DNA of 64,000 nucleotides from positions 66,657 to 130,656 of the forward strand of contig MNYS01000008.1 in the NCBI GenBank assembly GCA_001873215.1, read 5' to 3'. Of the stretch, positions 12,668-21,884 are shown piece by piece. A program made the translations under genes and the position numbers. The notes beneath the pieces were generated by a model. The model ran no database searches and was not told where the DNA came from. It saw only the letters and a program-made list of their open reading frames with translations. The number at the start of each line of letters is the position of its first letter. The stretch's first letter is position 1. Origin of the DNA: Candidatus Levybacteria bacterium CG2_30_37_29 (lineage in GTDB: Bacteria > Patescibacteriota > Microgenomatia > Levybacterales > GWA1-39-11).

Positions 12668-13339
12668 ATGTCAATTGAAGAATGGAATTTATATAAAACC
12701 GGTGAAAGAAATCCGGCAGATATTCGATATGAATCAAGATATTTATTGGTTGGAATTATTAATAGAGAATTAGCCGTAAAGATACATGGAGAAAAACCGG
12801 CAGAAGAATACCAGAATGATTTAGATATTCTTGTCTCCCACCATAATACAGGAGCAGATTGTGCATCTTATGATTACTTTGAACAATATGCTCCAAAACT
12901 TCAGAATGCACTTTGCGCAATTATGTTTAACTCCAGAGTAGAATTTAGCGCAAAAGTATTCAATAATCTTTTGAGCGCTGTGAAACCAAACAAAAAACTA
13001 AAAAAAGAAATACCGGTAACAAATCGCTCATTAACACTGGATGGCAGATATGATGATATTTTTGCCTTTGCACTAAAACAGCTTATTAGTGCCGGAGAAG
13101 CGGGAGTAGTAAAAGCTTGCAACGATATTCTTTCATCGCTTGAACGAGAAGATGTTCCGCTTTTAGGTTTTTCTGATACTGTTGCAGCAAGAATGGCAAA
13201 CGGAACGCATACGCCGGACGGAAGACTATTTTATTTATTACCTACAAAAATACCAAATATTGACGCAAAATATTTATATTCACCAGGACATCAATATCCG
13301 ACTGTTTCGCTTGTTGTAAAACCGTTTGATCAGGGTTAA
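12668..13339 (+). CDS. Hypothetical protein (223 aa)
   Basis: Intact ORF with no motif I recognise. Confidence 0.5.
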   Translation: MSIEEWNLYKTGERNPADIRYESRYLLVGIINRELAVKIHGEKPAEEYQNDLDILVSHHNTGADCASYDYFEQYAPKLQNALCAIMFNSRVEFSAKVFNNLLSAVKPNKKLKKEIPVTNRSLTLDGRYDDIFAFALKQLISAGEAGVVKACNDILSSLEREDVPLLGFSDTVAARMANGTHTPDGRLFYLLPTKIPNIDAKYLYSPGHQYPTVSLVVKPFDQG

Positions 13340-13382
13340 AGTTAATCGAACTAAATATTATTTAATCTATATATTAAAAGTT

Positions 13383-14036
13383 ATGACAGCAGAAAATAGT
13401 CCAAAAGATTTATTAACAATTGAAAGAAAAGCGTCAGCATACAGTGCAAAAAGAAAAGTTTTAAGAGCTGTTTGGAATGATGTTCCTATTTATTCAAACA
13501 CCGCGTTTGGAGATCTTGTTACTCAATTTAAATCTGGGGTTGACGTAGGGTCCGATGTTTTTTTTGAAAAAAACAGAGACATAATCATAGAATCCTTAGA
13601 TGCATTAAAAGCTACCGCAAAAACAGGATTTATAGAAACAGCATTTGATGCTCTGGATGAAGCCATAACCACATCTCCCGACAAAGCAACAACTATTCCA
13701 TTGTTTCCTCAAGCAGCCGACGTTACAGGACAGCAAACTCTGTTTGACGTTTATTCATATTTACAGACTGCCTTAAAAAAAGAACTTGCAGATTGTCAGA
13801 CCGCGGCACGATTAGCTTTGATTTCAGGAATAATTGAAGAACCAGATGTCTTCGCAAGGCTTGGACTTTTTCATCATGTTCCGGGAATAGATATTAAATC
13901 AATAGTAATCAAGCCAGACGAATACACCTTCAGAGCCCCAACAACAATAAAAGGAGTAGAAGTTAGAGTTATACACCCTAAAGATATAGAAAGCCCAAGC
14001 AAAACAAGCCTCATCTCAAACCCGTTAAGATTTTAA
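13383..14036 (+). CDS. Hypothetical protein (~217 aa)
   Basis: Track ORF starts at 13326; the internal ATG at 13383 avoids overlap with the previous gene. No recognisable motif. Confidence 0.5.
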   Translation: MTAENSPKDLLTIERKASAYSAKRKVLRAVWNDVPIYSNTAFGDLVTQFKSGVDVGSDVFFEKNRDIIIESLDALKATAKTGFIETAFDALDEAITTSPDKATTIPLFPQAADVTGQQTLFDVYSYLQTALKKELADCQTAARLALISGIIEEPDVFARLGLFHHVPGIDIKSIVIKPDEYTFRAPTTIKGVEVRVIHPKDIESPSKTSLISNPLRF

Positions 14037-14117
14037 TAATTACAGGTCTATTCCGAAGAAAGAGTGGAGTAAACTCAAAATATCCTGTAGTAAAATAGGT
14101 TCCTTAGAATTATAGGA

Positions 14118-15341
14118 TTACCTGCTGTCAGAAAGTTTGTTGGCAACTTTATTAAACTGCGGCTGCATAGCTCTGATTATTTCTTCAAAACCCGGGTTTT
14201 TGCTTCCGTCCATTCTGGTAACTCCAAAGCTTCCTTGAACCTGATCGCTAATTGGCCTTTTAGGAAAGTCTTCATGCTTAAGTTCATCCGTATATTCATA
14301 AATAATTATTGCATTTGGCCGTGCCTTTAGAAGCTCATGAATTGTTTGGGTAATAATATCTTTTTGTGTTAAATTATTTAAATCACAGCCTACAGTGCAT
14401 ATCCCTGTTTCCGAAATGTAAATCGGAAGCTTAAATTTTCTGCGAATTTCTTCCACACGAATTGGAAGTTTTTTTATCTCCTCGGTATTTCCATCAGGGT
14501 ACAAATCTAGTGAAACTACATTTATGTATGGAAGAAGAGGTTCTATGAATTTTTCCCAATTTTCCTGCGTTTTATCATTCATGGGCCAACCTGATACATT
14601 GACGGTAATCGTAGCGCTTGGATCAATGGCTCTAATTGCATCGCTTGCCGCCCTTACATGAGATAAAATAAACTCCTGATCACGTTTTTCAAATGTATTC
14701 TCCGAATAATCCGCAGGGCTATGAAGATCAATTTCATTATTAATTTGCCAAATATTTATTTTATCTTTGTAACGCATCGCAAGTGTAGTAAAATAATCAT
14801 GTGTTATTTTTGTATACCCGTCCTTAGAAAAATTAGCCTCAACCGAAGGAGGACTTACAACTAAAAAGGTTTGCAATCCTTTATTGTATGTGTAATCAAT
14901 TGCTTCATCAAAAATTTTCAATTCTTCCTCATTCCACAATAATTTCCCGTTCAGAAGAGAAGATCCTTCCCACCGGGGAATATTAAATCTTATCCAAGAT
15001 TGGTTATTTGCAACCAATTCATCAACGGTTTTTTTAAATCTATTTACGTCCAAATTGTCAGGCTCTGCATTTGCATAGAGATGGGTATTAAACCCAAACT
15101 CCGTAGGAAAATCCGCTCCGTCACGCGCTATTCCCCCAACAATAACTTTGTACACCATACTTGAAGTATCAACTCCTTTTTGTAAATTGTCTTCAAGTTT
15201 TAACTCATAAGGATTTGTCTGCGGTATGGCAAAAGAGTTTTCGTTAGTAGAAACAAGTGCCCCTCCGGAAAGCGCAGCCGTAGCAAGCCCAACCCTTGCA
15301 GCATTTTTTATGACAGATGGCATCTTTTCTTTAATTTCCAT
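14118..15341 (-). CDS. Secreted glycoside hydrolase, clan GH-A (GH5-like TIM barrel)
   Basis: N-terminal signal peptide (MPSVIKNAARVGLATAALSGGALV). Acid/base motif in IWQINNEID and nucleophile in IYISETGI, with spacing typical of GH5. Confidence 0.5.
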   Translation of the reverse strand: MEIKEKMPSVIKNAARVGLATAALSGGALVSTNENSFAIPQTNPYELKLEDNLQKGVDTSSMVYKVIVGGIARDGADFPTEFGFNTHLYANAEPDNLDVNRFKKTVDELVANNQSWIRFNIPRWEGSSLLNGKLLWNEEELKIFDEAIDYTYNKGLQTFLVVSPPSVEANFSKDGYTKITHDYFTTLAMRYKDKINIWQINNEIDLHSPADYSENTFEKRDQEFILSHVRAASDAIRAIDPSATITVNVSGWPMNDKTQENWEKFIEPLLPYINVVSLDLYPDGNTEEIKKLPIRVEEIRRKFKLPIYISETGICTVGCDLNNLTQKDIITQTIHELLKARPNAIIIYEYTDELKHEDFPKRPISDQVQGSFGVTRMDGSKNPGFEEIIRAMQPQFNKVANKLSDSR

Positions 15342-15342
15342 A

Positions 15343-16287
15343 TTATCTTCTATTGCCCTGGTGGAATTTGCGGTGGATTTCTTTTAGTTGCGGATTTGTG
15401 ACGTGGGTGTATATTTGTGTGGTAGAAATGTTTTTGTGTCCGAGCATTTCCTGAACCGAACGAATATCAGCTCCATTTGAAAGAAGATCTGTCGCAAATG
15501 AGTGCCTCATTGTGTGCGGAGTTGCTTTTATAGGAATTCTCGCAAGCCTTACATATTTTTCAACAATTCTCTCAACCGAGCGGGCCGTAAGCCGCATTTT
15601 TTCACCATTATTTTCAGCCATCACTTCTTTTGCATATCTTATAAAAATCGGCTTGAAAGGTTCTGTCCGCATCTCAAAATACTTTGAAAGCCAAAAGCAA
15701 GCACTATCAGACATAAATACCACACGCGCACGCCCACCTTTTCCGATTACCCCAAACTCTCTGGTATCAAAATTGATTGAGTCACGGTTAAGCTTTACTA
15801 GCTCTGAAACACGAAGACCGGTTGAAAAAAGCATTTCCAGAATTGCGCGGTCCCGAAGACTTTTCTGGTCATTTTTTGAAACATCCACTGCTTCAAAAAG
15901 TGTTTTAAGATGTTCTTGCTCCAAGAATTTGAGAGACTGGCTTTCACCTTTTGGCAAATCAATTTTTTCAGGAGCAAGCGTATCATAATCATTTCGAACC
16001 AAAAACCGTAAAAAAGAACGCAGAGCAATAATGTAATAGCTTTGCGTAATCCTTTTTAACCCCATCTGTTTTTCATTCACATAACCTGAAAGGTAAACTC
16101 TATATTTTCTTATAATGTCGATGTTTAAATCATTAATTGTTTTGCCGGGATATTCTTTGTGAAGCCAATCGCTAAATCTTGTTAAATACAATCTATAATT
16201 TCTGGTGGTAAGCTTTGAAGCATTTTTCTCAATTTCTAAATATTCAAGGAATGTTTGAATTAAAGGTTCGATTGCGTTTTCTTTCAT
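15343..16287 (-). CDS. Tyrosine recombinase XerC/XerD family
   Basis: 314 aa. C-terminal catalytic block TPHTMRHSFATDLLSNGADIRSVQEMLGHKNISTTQIYTHV (R..H.R..HY); N-terminal core-binding domain. Confidence 0.9.
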   Translation of the reverse strand: MKENAIEPLIQTFLEYLEIEKNASKLTTRNYRLYLTRFSDWLHKEYPGKTINDLNIDIIRKYRVYLSGYVNEKQMGLKRITQSYYIIALRSFLRFLVRNDYDTLAPEKIDLPKGESQSLKFLEQEHLKTLFEAVDVSKNDQKSLRDRAILEMLFSTGLRVSELVKLNRDSINFDTREFGVIGKGGRARVVFMSDSACFWLSKYFEMRTEPFKPIFIRYAKEVMAENNGEKMRLTARSVERIVEKYVRLARIPIKATPHTMRHSFATDLLSNGADIRSVQEMLGHKNISTTQIYTHVTNPQLKEIHRKFHQGNRR

Positions 16288-16378
16288 ATATTGCTCTTAC
16301 CAAACTATAACATTTTGCGACATAAGATGTCTAGCTGGCAGGTTGACAACGATTTTGACAAGCGTATAATACAAATTA

Positions 16379-16945
16379 ATGAATAAGTTTTTGCTTGGAA
16401 TCGTATCGACAATTGTAGTTGTTGGAATTGTAGGTACGGCTTATTACTGGGGAACACAGCAAAAAACATTAAGCATTCAAAACCCTAGCGTCACACAACA
16501 ACCTCAAATTCAAATAACTACGGCAGCACAACTGACAAATACACCAACCGTTACAAATCCTCCTCAAGGAACATCCGACTTTGTAAATCCTAGTGCAACG
16601 ATTGCAAATATCGAAGCCAGCGTAAAGTCAAAAAATTATGCCGCGCTTGAAGGATATATGGCGCCAAGTGTTTCGGTTACTCTTGCGGCGAGCGAATGCT
16701 GCGGAACTCTTTCTCCGGCAAAAGCAACCGAACAATTATCTTATTTAAATAATGGCATTGAACCTTGGGATTTTATTGATAATAATCCAATTGCAACAAA
16801 ATTAAGAGCTGCCGATCCCACGAATTTTAAAGATGCGATTATCGGTACTGCAAGTAATAAATTTGCAGTAGGATTTACACTTAACAATAAGTATTTGATT
16901 AATAAGATTTTTATGGTAATTGACTACAAACTAATCGCTCCCTAA
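16379..16945 (+). CDS. Hypothetical membrane-anchored protein, Thr/Gln-rich linker (188 aa)
   Basis: N-terminal TM helix (LLGIVSTIVVVGIVGTAYYW) followed by a T/Q/P-rich region. Confidence 0.5.
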   Translation: MNKFLLGIVSTIVVVGIVGTAYYWGTQQKTLSIQNPSVTQQPQIQITTAAQLTNTPTVTNPPQGTSDFVNPSATIANIEASVKSKNYAALEGYMAPSVSVTLAASECCGTLSPAKATEQLSYLNNGIEPWDFIDNNPIATKLRAADPTNFKDAIIGTASNKFAVGFTLNNKYLINKIFMVIDYKLIAP

Positions 16946-17936
16946 CAATTTCCGTCTCCCAAGTCCTTTTTACTCTGAAGCTTACCTCTAGGATGCGATT
17001 TAAGAGGCCTTTCTTTTTTGAGATAAGTAATTTATCGCCTAATTTAGTTTAAACAAAAATAATACTTATTAATAAAATTAATTTATAAATTAAAATTTAT
17101 AATTAAAAATTGATAAATGTCCTATAGTAGGGTAGGGGCAAAATTTTATATTCCTTGTGGAAAAAAAGAGGATTGTTTTATAAGAGAAGGATAGACATAC
17201 AAAATATTATCAATTTTATTGCAAAATCGAGAAAAAACTACAAAAGGTGTCTTCCGCACGAATCGCCCTATCATGTCGTAAAAGTATTATTGTACGACAT
17301 AATATATGTTACTACTCGTTGAGTGGGAAAGGCACGTTGCTCTTATAGTATAAAGTTACGTCGCAAAGAATTCGTTGATAAATAATATTTAAAACATTTC
17401 GTCTAATAAGCCACTCCTCCGGGGAGGGCGCAAATAGCGTTTCAAGTGCCCCTTAGCAGTTACTTTAATAAACTGACTATCGACAAATGCAATATTGCTA
17501 AACGGTAAAGTGAGAACGATTCAATTTAGCTTGATAATACAACATAATTTAACCTTTTAGCCTCGATTTTATTAGATTATTATATTATTTATTAACTCGT
17601 AGGCGTAGTTGTTATACAGGAAGAGCTTTCGTATTTTTTTCACTTTAGCCTCAATTAGTGCGTGCCTAGGCACGAAAAACGTCATCATGAAGTGCTTGCA
17701 CTGAGGAGCGCAGCGACGAATGTGTGAAAAGTTTAGCTTCCAGCCTCGTGAAAACTAATACCGCGTACTTGTTGATCATAAAAAAGTTTTCCACAAACAT
17801 GCAAATGTAAATAAATTATAGGATAGTTACTGCTTACTATCAAACTATATCATTTGAAGCAAAAAAATCTATACCACTCCTCTACTTTATTGTCTACCTA
17901 AAGTTTTTTTGATGAAGAAATTTTAAACTTTTAACT
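16946..17936. other. ~1-kb ORF-free convergent intergenic region with GC-rich palindromes (candidate ncRNA or regulatory element)
   Basis: No ORF of 60 aa or more in any frame. Hairpin atgtcgta...tacgacat (17273-17300); palindromes cctccggggagg (17416-17427) and cgtgcc-ta-ggcacg (17661-17674); locally elevated GC. Confidence 0.3.
16984..17019 (+). terminator. Candidate terminator hairpin plus T-tract
   Basis: acctcta-ggatgcgatt-taagaggcc imperfect stem, followed by tttctttttt. Confidence 0.3.
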
Positions 17937-18740
17937 TTAAATTCCCCACTTTGAAAAAATTAAAAGAATTAAAACGGATAAAAAACCAACCCATACATAC
18001 TCCCATAAAATCCCCTTAAACAGTCTTTTTTCAATCCACGCATGAGAAAGTCCAATATATGTATAACAAATTCCGGTCAAAAAAATTGAATAAATTGCGG
18101 CATTTACAGGCCATACTATTAGAATAAGTGACAATTCAGCAACACAAAATGAAATAAGAATTGAAGAAATTGTGATTTCACCTAAAAGTTGTGTGTCTAG
18201 AGTATATGCCCAAAGTGATTGAAAATTCAGAAAAAATGACACTGTAAAAATAAGCAACGGAAGAATGTAAATTGGAAGCCTTAGAGAAAAACTTATGTTA
18301 ATTAAGAAAAACAAAGCGACAATAGTAACAACAAATGAAACTATACGCGCACTTCTTTGAAGATTGATTGTACGAATACCTGAAACAGCAAAAATGTTTT
18401 GTGTCAAAAATAGAGAATAAAGACCGAATCCATATACTCCGGTAAGAATAAGCCTAGTTAAAATTCGTGCAGGAATAAGCGAATAAAAAAGACTGAACGC
18501 CAATGTGTATAAAAAAGGAAGTATAAATATCGGATAATAAAAAGTATTTTTTATGTCTTCGCGCAATATCAGATACAAAAAAATGTTTGTAAGTATTGAA
18601 AGCGCAATAGCAAAGAAAATAAATTGCGACCCCGTAAAAAATTCTGATAAAAATAAGAACAAAGATAAAAATATAACCGTCGTAACAAGTTTTTGTCTCT
18701 TGTTAAGGAGTAAAAAAGTAAATATCTTATTTAATGCCAT
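17937..18740 (-). CDS. Hypothetical polytopic membrane protein (267 aa)
   Basis: At least 7 predicted hydrophobic helices and no soluble domain. Last gene of the yebC-ruvC operon. Confidence 0.55.
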   Translation of the reverse strand: MALNKIFTFLLLNKRQKLVTTVIFLSLFLFLSEFFTGSQFIFFAIALSILTNIFLYLILREDIKNTFYYPIFILPFLYTLAFSLFYSLIPARILTRLILTGVYGFGLYSLFLTQNIFAVSGIRTINLQRSARIVSFVVTIVALFFLINISFSLRLPIYILPLLIFTVSFFLNFQSLWAYTLDTQLLGEITISSILISFCVAELSLILIVWPVNAAIYSIFLTGICYTYIGLSHAWIEKRLFKGILWEYVWVGFLSVLILLIFSKWGI

Positions 18741-18757
18741 ATTGTGTGTGTCTCCCC

Positions 18758-19369
18758 CTACTTTTTCCGAGGTTTTTCTTTAGAAATTTTCTTTATTTTC
18801 TTTTTGTTGATTTTTTTCTTTGGCTCGGGGTGGTTAAATATATGCCCATCAAGCTTTAGCGCATGGTGAATTGCTATAGCAAGCGCGTCCGCCGAATCAT
18901 CAAACCCTTTATCCTTAGTATTAAAGGATAATTTTCTTTTTGTTTGACTAAGAAGCCTCCTAACGATTACCTGTAGATCTTTTTTTTCTGTTTTTCCGCT
19001 TCCTGAAAGATAATGTTTTACGGAAATACTTGTATACTCGAGTAATGGAAGACTGTTGTTTGCCGCAGACAGCATTACAACACCTCTTGCCTGCCCCACA
19101 GACATTGCCGTCCTAATATTTCTACCAAAAAATAATTGTTCAACGATAAGACAATGTGGTTTGTATTGATAAATTATACCTTCAAGCTCTTTATGTAAGA
19201 CAAGTAATCTCTCAGGCATTGTATCTTCTTTTTCGGTAACTATACATCCGTGAGCAACATATTCTATTGTAGGATTAGTTCCACCGGCGTCATTTTTTTT
19301 TATAACTCCCCAACCCGTACGGCCGGTTCCCGGATCTATTCCTAAAAAAATTGAAAGTGGTTTGGTCAT
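18758..19369 (-). CDS. ruvC: Holliday junction resolvase RuvC with Lys-rich C-terminal tail
   Basis: LGIDPGTGRTGWGVI N-terminal motif (the catalytic Asp region). Extra tail KKKINKKKIKKISKEKPRKK. Confidence 0.85.
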   Translation of the reverse strand: MTKPLSIFLGIDPGTGRTGWGVIKKNDAGGTNPTIEYVAHGCIVTEKEDTMPERLLVLHKELEGIIYQYKPHCLIVEQLFFGRNIRTAMSVGQARGVVMLSAANNSLPLLEYTSISVKHYLSGSGKTEKKDLQVIVRRLLSQTKRKLSFNTKDKGFDDSADALAIAIHHALKLDGHIFNHPEPKKKINKKKIKKISKEKPRKK

Positions 19370-20082
19370 TATGCTAAATTTGTATAAACTTTTTGCACGT
19401 CATCAAGTTCCTCAAGTTTTTCAACTACATTCATAACCTTTTCTCCAACTTCTTGACTAACTTCAATTGTTATCTTGGGCTTATATATTAATTCCGCTCC
19501 TTCTACTACAATATTCTTTTCTTCAAGTGCCTGTTTTACTTTGAAAAGATCTGCAAAATTAGTATAAAAATAAACTCTTAATTCATCTTCATCCATGTCT
19601 CCTGCTCCAACATCAAGACCTATTTCAAGTAATTCGTCAACGTTTTTACCGCTTTTTATAACTGTTATTTCGCCAAGTTTCTCAAAAAGATATGCAACGG
19701 AGCCTTGAGACCCCATACTCCCGCCGTTTTTTTCAAAAAGATTTTTTACTTCTGAAACAGTTCTCTGCTTATTATCAGTGATTGTTTGCACAATAATTGC
19801 TGTTCCGCCGGGACCAAAACCTTCATAGATATGTTCGTCCATTTCCGATTTTTCCCCACCACTTGCTTTTTGTACGGCGCGTTCAATACTGTCTTTCGGC
19901 ATATTGGAAGCACGAGCCTTATCAATTGCCAACCTGAGTTTAAAATTTGTAGAAGAATCCATACCTCCCTGTTTTGCAGCAATTGTTATTGCGTAAGAAA
20001 GCTTGGTGAAAAGTTGACCCTTTTTGGCGTCGGTTACTCCCTTTTGCCTCTTAATCGTGGACCATTTTGAATGACCTGACAT
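19369..20082 (-). CDS. yebC: YebC/PmpR family transcriptional regulator
   Basis: MSGHSKWSTIKRQKGVTDAKKGQLFTKLSYAITIAAKQGG; 237 aa. Overlaps the ruvC start by 1 nt. Confidence 0.9.
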   Translation of the reverse strand: MSGHSKWSTIKRQKGVTDAKKGQLFTKLSYAITIAAKQGGMDSSTNFKLRLAIDKARASNMPKDSIERAVQKASGGEKSEMDEHIYEGFGPGGTAIIVQTITDNKQRTVSEVKNLFEKNGGSMGSQGSVAYLFEKLGEITVIKSGKNVDELLEIGLDVGAGDMDEDELRVYFYTNFADLFKVKQALEEKNIVVEGAELIYKPKITIEVSQEVGEKVMNVVEKLEELDDVQKVYTNLA

Positions 20083-20171
20083 AGATGTACATTATAGTCT
20101 TTTTCTATTGACTTTTCCAATAAAATTACTTACAATTTATCTCATTCAAAAGACTATACTTTTGATCAATA

Positions 20172-20846
20172 ATGAGTATACCTCTAAAAGACCAAGCCAT
20201 AAAGTCCGCCTTGGAAAACAATTGGAATGACGCCTACAAAATAAATTTTAGGCTGTTGGAAGAAAATCCAGAAGATATCGACACCCTCAACAGACTTGCT
20301 TTTTCTCTTATAAAACTCTCAAAGTTTAAACAAGCAAAAGATGCATACCAAAAAGTAATCCAGCTTGATAAAACAAACCCGATTGCCACTAAAAATCTAA
20401 AAAAACTTGAGACGATGTCAAAACAAAAAGGCTCAAAAAAATCCCTATCCGCTGATACCACAAACGCTAACACAAGTATGCCGCTTGACGAACTTTTTAT
20501 AGAAGAAACAGGAAAAACAAAAACAGTGGAACTGAAAAATGTAGCTGACAAAAAATCGCTTTCTCTTCTTCAGCCCGGCGATTTAGTTTGTCTTGCTGTA
20601 AAGCGCTCAAAAATTTTTATACAATCGTACGACAAAAAATATATAGGAATGCTCCCTGACAGTATCGGCATGAGGCTTATAACTTTTATAAAAGGTGGTA
20701 ACGAATATCAGGCATGCATTAAAGCACTTACGGAGAAAACTGTGATAGTCTTTATTAAAGAATCAAAAAAAATGTCCAAATTTAAAAACCAACAATCATT
20801 TACTGCTACTCCATTCATCCTATCCACATCTTCTATAAATGATTAG
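20172..20846 (+). CDS. Hypothetical protein with N-terminal TPR-like helical repeats
   Basis: AYKINFRLLEENPEDIDTLNRLAFSLIKLSKFKQAKDAYQKVIQLD, a TPR-like pattern. Confidence 0.45.
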   Translation: MSIPLKDQAIKSALENNWNDAYKINFRLLEENPEDIDTLNRLAFSLIKLSKFKQAKDAYQKVIQLDKTNPIATKNLKKLETMSKQKGSKKSLSADTTNANTSMPLDELFIEETGKTKTVELKNVADKKSLSLLQPGDLVCLAVKRSKIFIQSYDKKYIGMLPDSIGMRLITFIKGGNEYQACIKALTEKTVIVFIKESKKMSKFKNQQSFTATPFILSTSSIND

Positions 20847-20848
20847 CC

Positions 20849-20995
20849 CTATCTTTTAAAGAGTATTTTTGATCGGGCGAGGTCTTTTTTAACTTTCCTT
20901 AATTCTTTTGGGTGACTTATTTCCCTTCTAAGAGACAAAATAGCCCAAAAGAGGGATAGAATAAACATTGCAATAACACTAATCCAAAATGTCAT
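20849..20995 (-). CDS. Small putative membrane protein (48 aa)
   Basis: Manual translation gives MTFWISVIAMFILSLFWAILSLRREISHPKELRKVKKDLARSKILFKR*. Single TM helix; below the ORF-track length cutoff. Confidence 0.25.
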   Translation of the reverse strand: MTFWISVIAMFILSLFWAILSLRREISHPKELRKVKKDLARSKILFKR

Positions 20996-21026
20996 AGAAA
21001 AGATTTAAAAGATTATATCTTAAAAC

Positions 21027-21878
21027 CTAATTTTCTTCAAGGTTTTTGAGCTTGGAGGAAATATCATTTCCTAAAACAATTTTAATATCTGCTATCCCCT
21101 GTTCTACTTCTTTTGCCTCAAAAAGAAAAAGATTTTGTATTTTTTGTAAGCTTTTTGAGTTACTAGATGATTTTGTTATAAAAATTGCTGATGACCGATT
21201 CTCATCAGTTGAGCTAACAGATACTACGTCAAATCCTGTATTTTCCAGCATTTGAGCAACTTTTGATCCCAAACCATTTATCCCAGTACCATTTACAATC
21301 TCCACGCTTATTTTTTCATTAATAATATCCTGATCACCAAAAAAATTTGAAATAATAATATTTAACTCTGAATTATTATCTTTATAAGAAGAAATACTTT
21401 GTATTGTTTTTTCGTGGATATTTCGTTTCGGAACTTGTTTTGCCCAAAAATATAACTTAAGATAATCGTATAAATTCATTTGTAAAAGATGAACAGATGG
21501 ATTTGGAACAAAGATTGACAATACGGCTTGAACTGAAAGTAATTGTGTTTTTAGATCATTTATCTGATCCTTCTCGTTTGTGATTTGTCCGTCAAGAGGA
21601 ATATGCAAAAAAATGCTATTTTCTAACATAGAATTTTTTGAAATACCACTTTTGTCCTTCAACGCAAGAATTGAAAGAGTTGAAAGCTTATTATCAATTC
21701 GCATAACGTAAGCTTTTTTTGAAATCACAAGAACGGTGTATGACGAGTTACGAAATGTGCTTTCATTTACGAGTATTAGTGCTTTAATACTAATAGATAT
21801 AACAACTAATAAAAAAACGGATATTAAAAAAATTTGTAACAGAAATATACTGGAAAATTTTTTTGATGTGGTTTTCAT
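21027..21878 (-). CDS. Membrane-anchored protein with LytR_C-like C-terminal domain
   Basis: N-terminal TM helix. C-terminal ISVEIVNGTGINGLGSKVAQMLENTGFDVVSV...IKIVLGND resembles the LytR_C domain. Confidence 0.45.
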   Translation of the reverse strand: MKTTSKKFSSIFLLQIFLISVFLLVVISISIKALILVNESTFRNSSYTVLVISKKAYVMRIDNKLSTLSILALKDKSGISKNSMLENSIFLHIPLDGQITNEKDQINDLKTQLLSVQAVLSIFVPNPSVHLLQMNLYDYLKLYFWAKQVPKRNIHEKTIQSISSYKDNNSELNIIISNFFGDQDIINEKISVEIVNGTGINGLGSKVAQMLENTGFDVVSVSSTDENRSSAIFITKSSSNSKSLQKIQNLFLFEAKEVEQGIADIKIVLGNDISSKLKNLEEN

Positions 21879-21884
21879 ACCGTT

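Noticed and set aside
16946-17936. tmRNA, RNase P RNA or SRP RNA in the 1-kb gap
   Set aside because: I searched both strands by eye for a tRNA-like T-arm plus CCACCA end, the GGAAAGTCCGG P4 motif and the GGAAGGAAGCAGC SRP motif. None was found. The gap remains an unclassified candidate.
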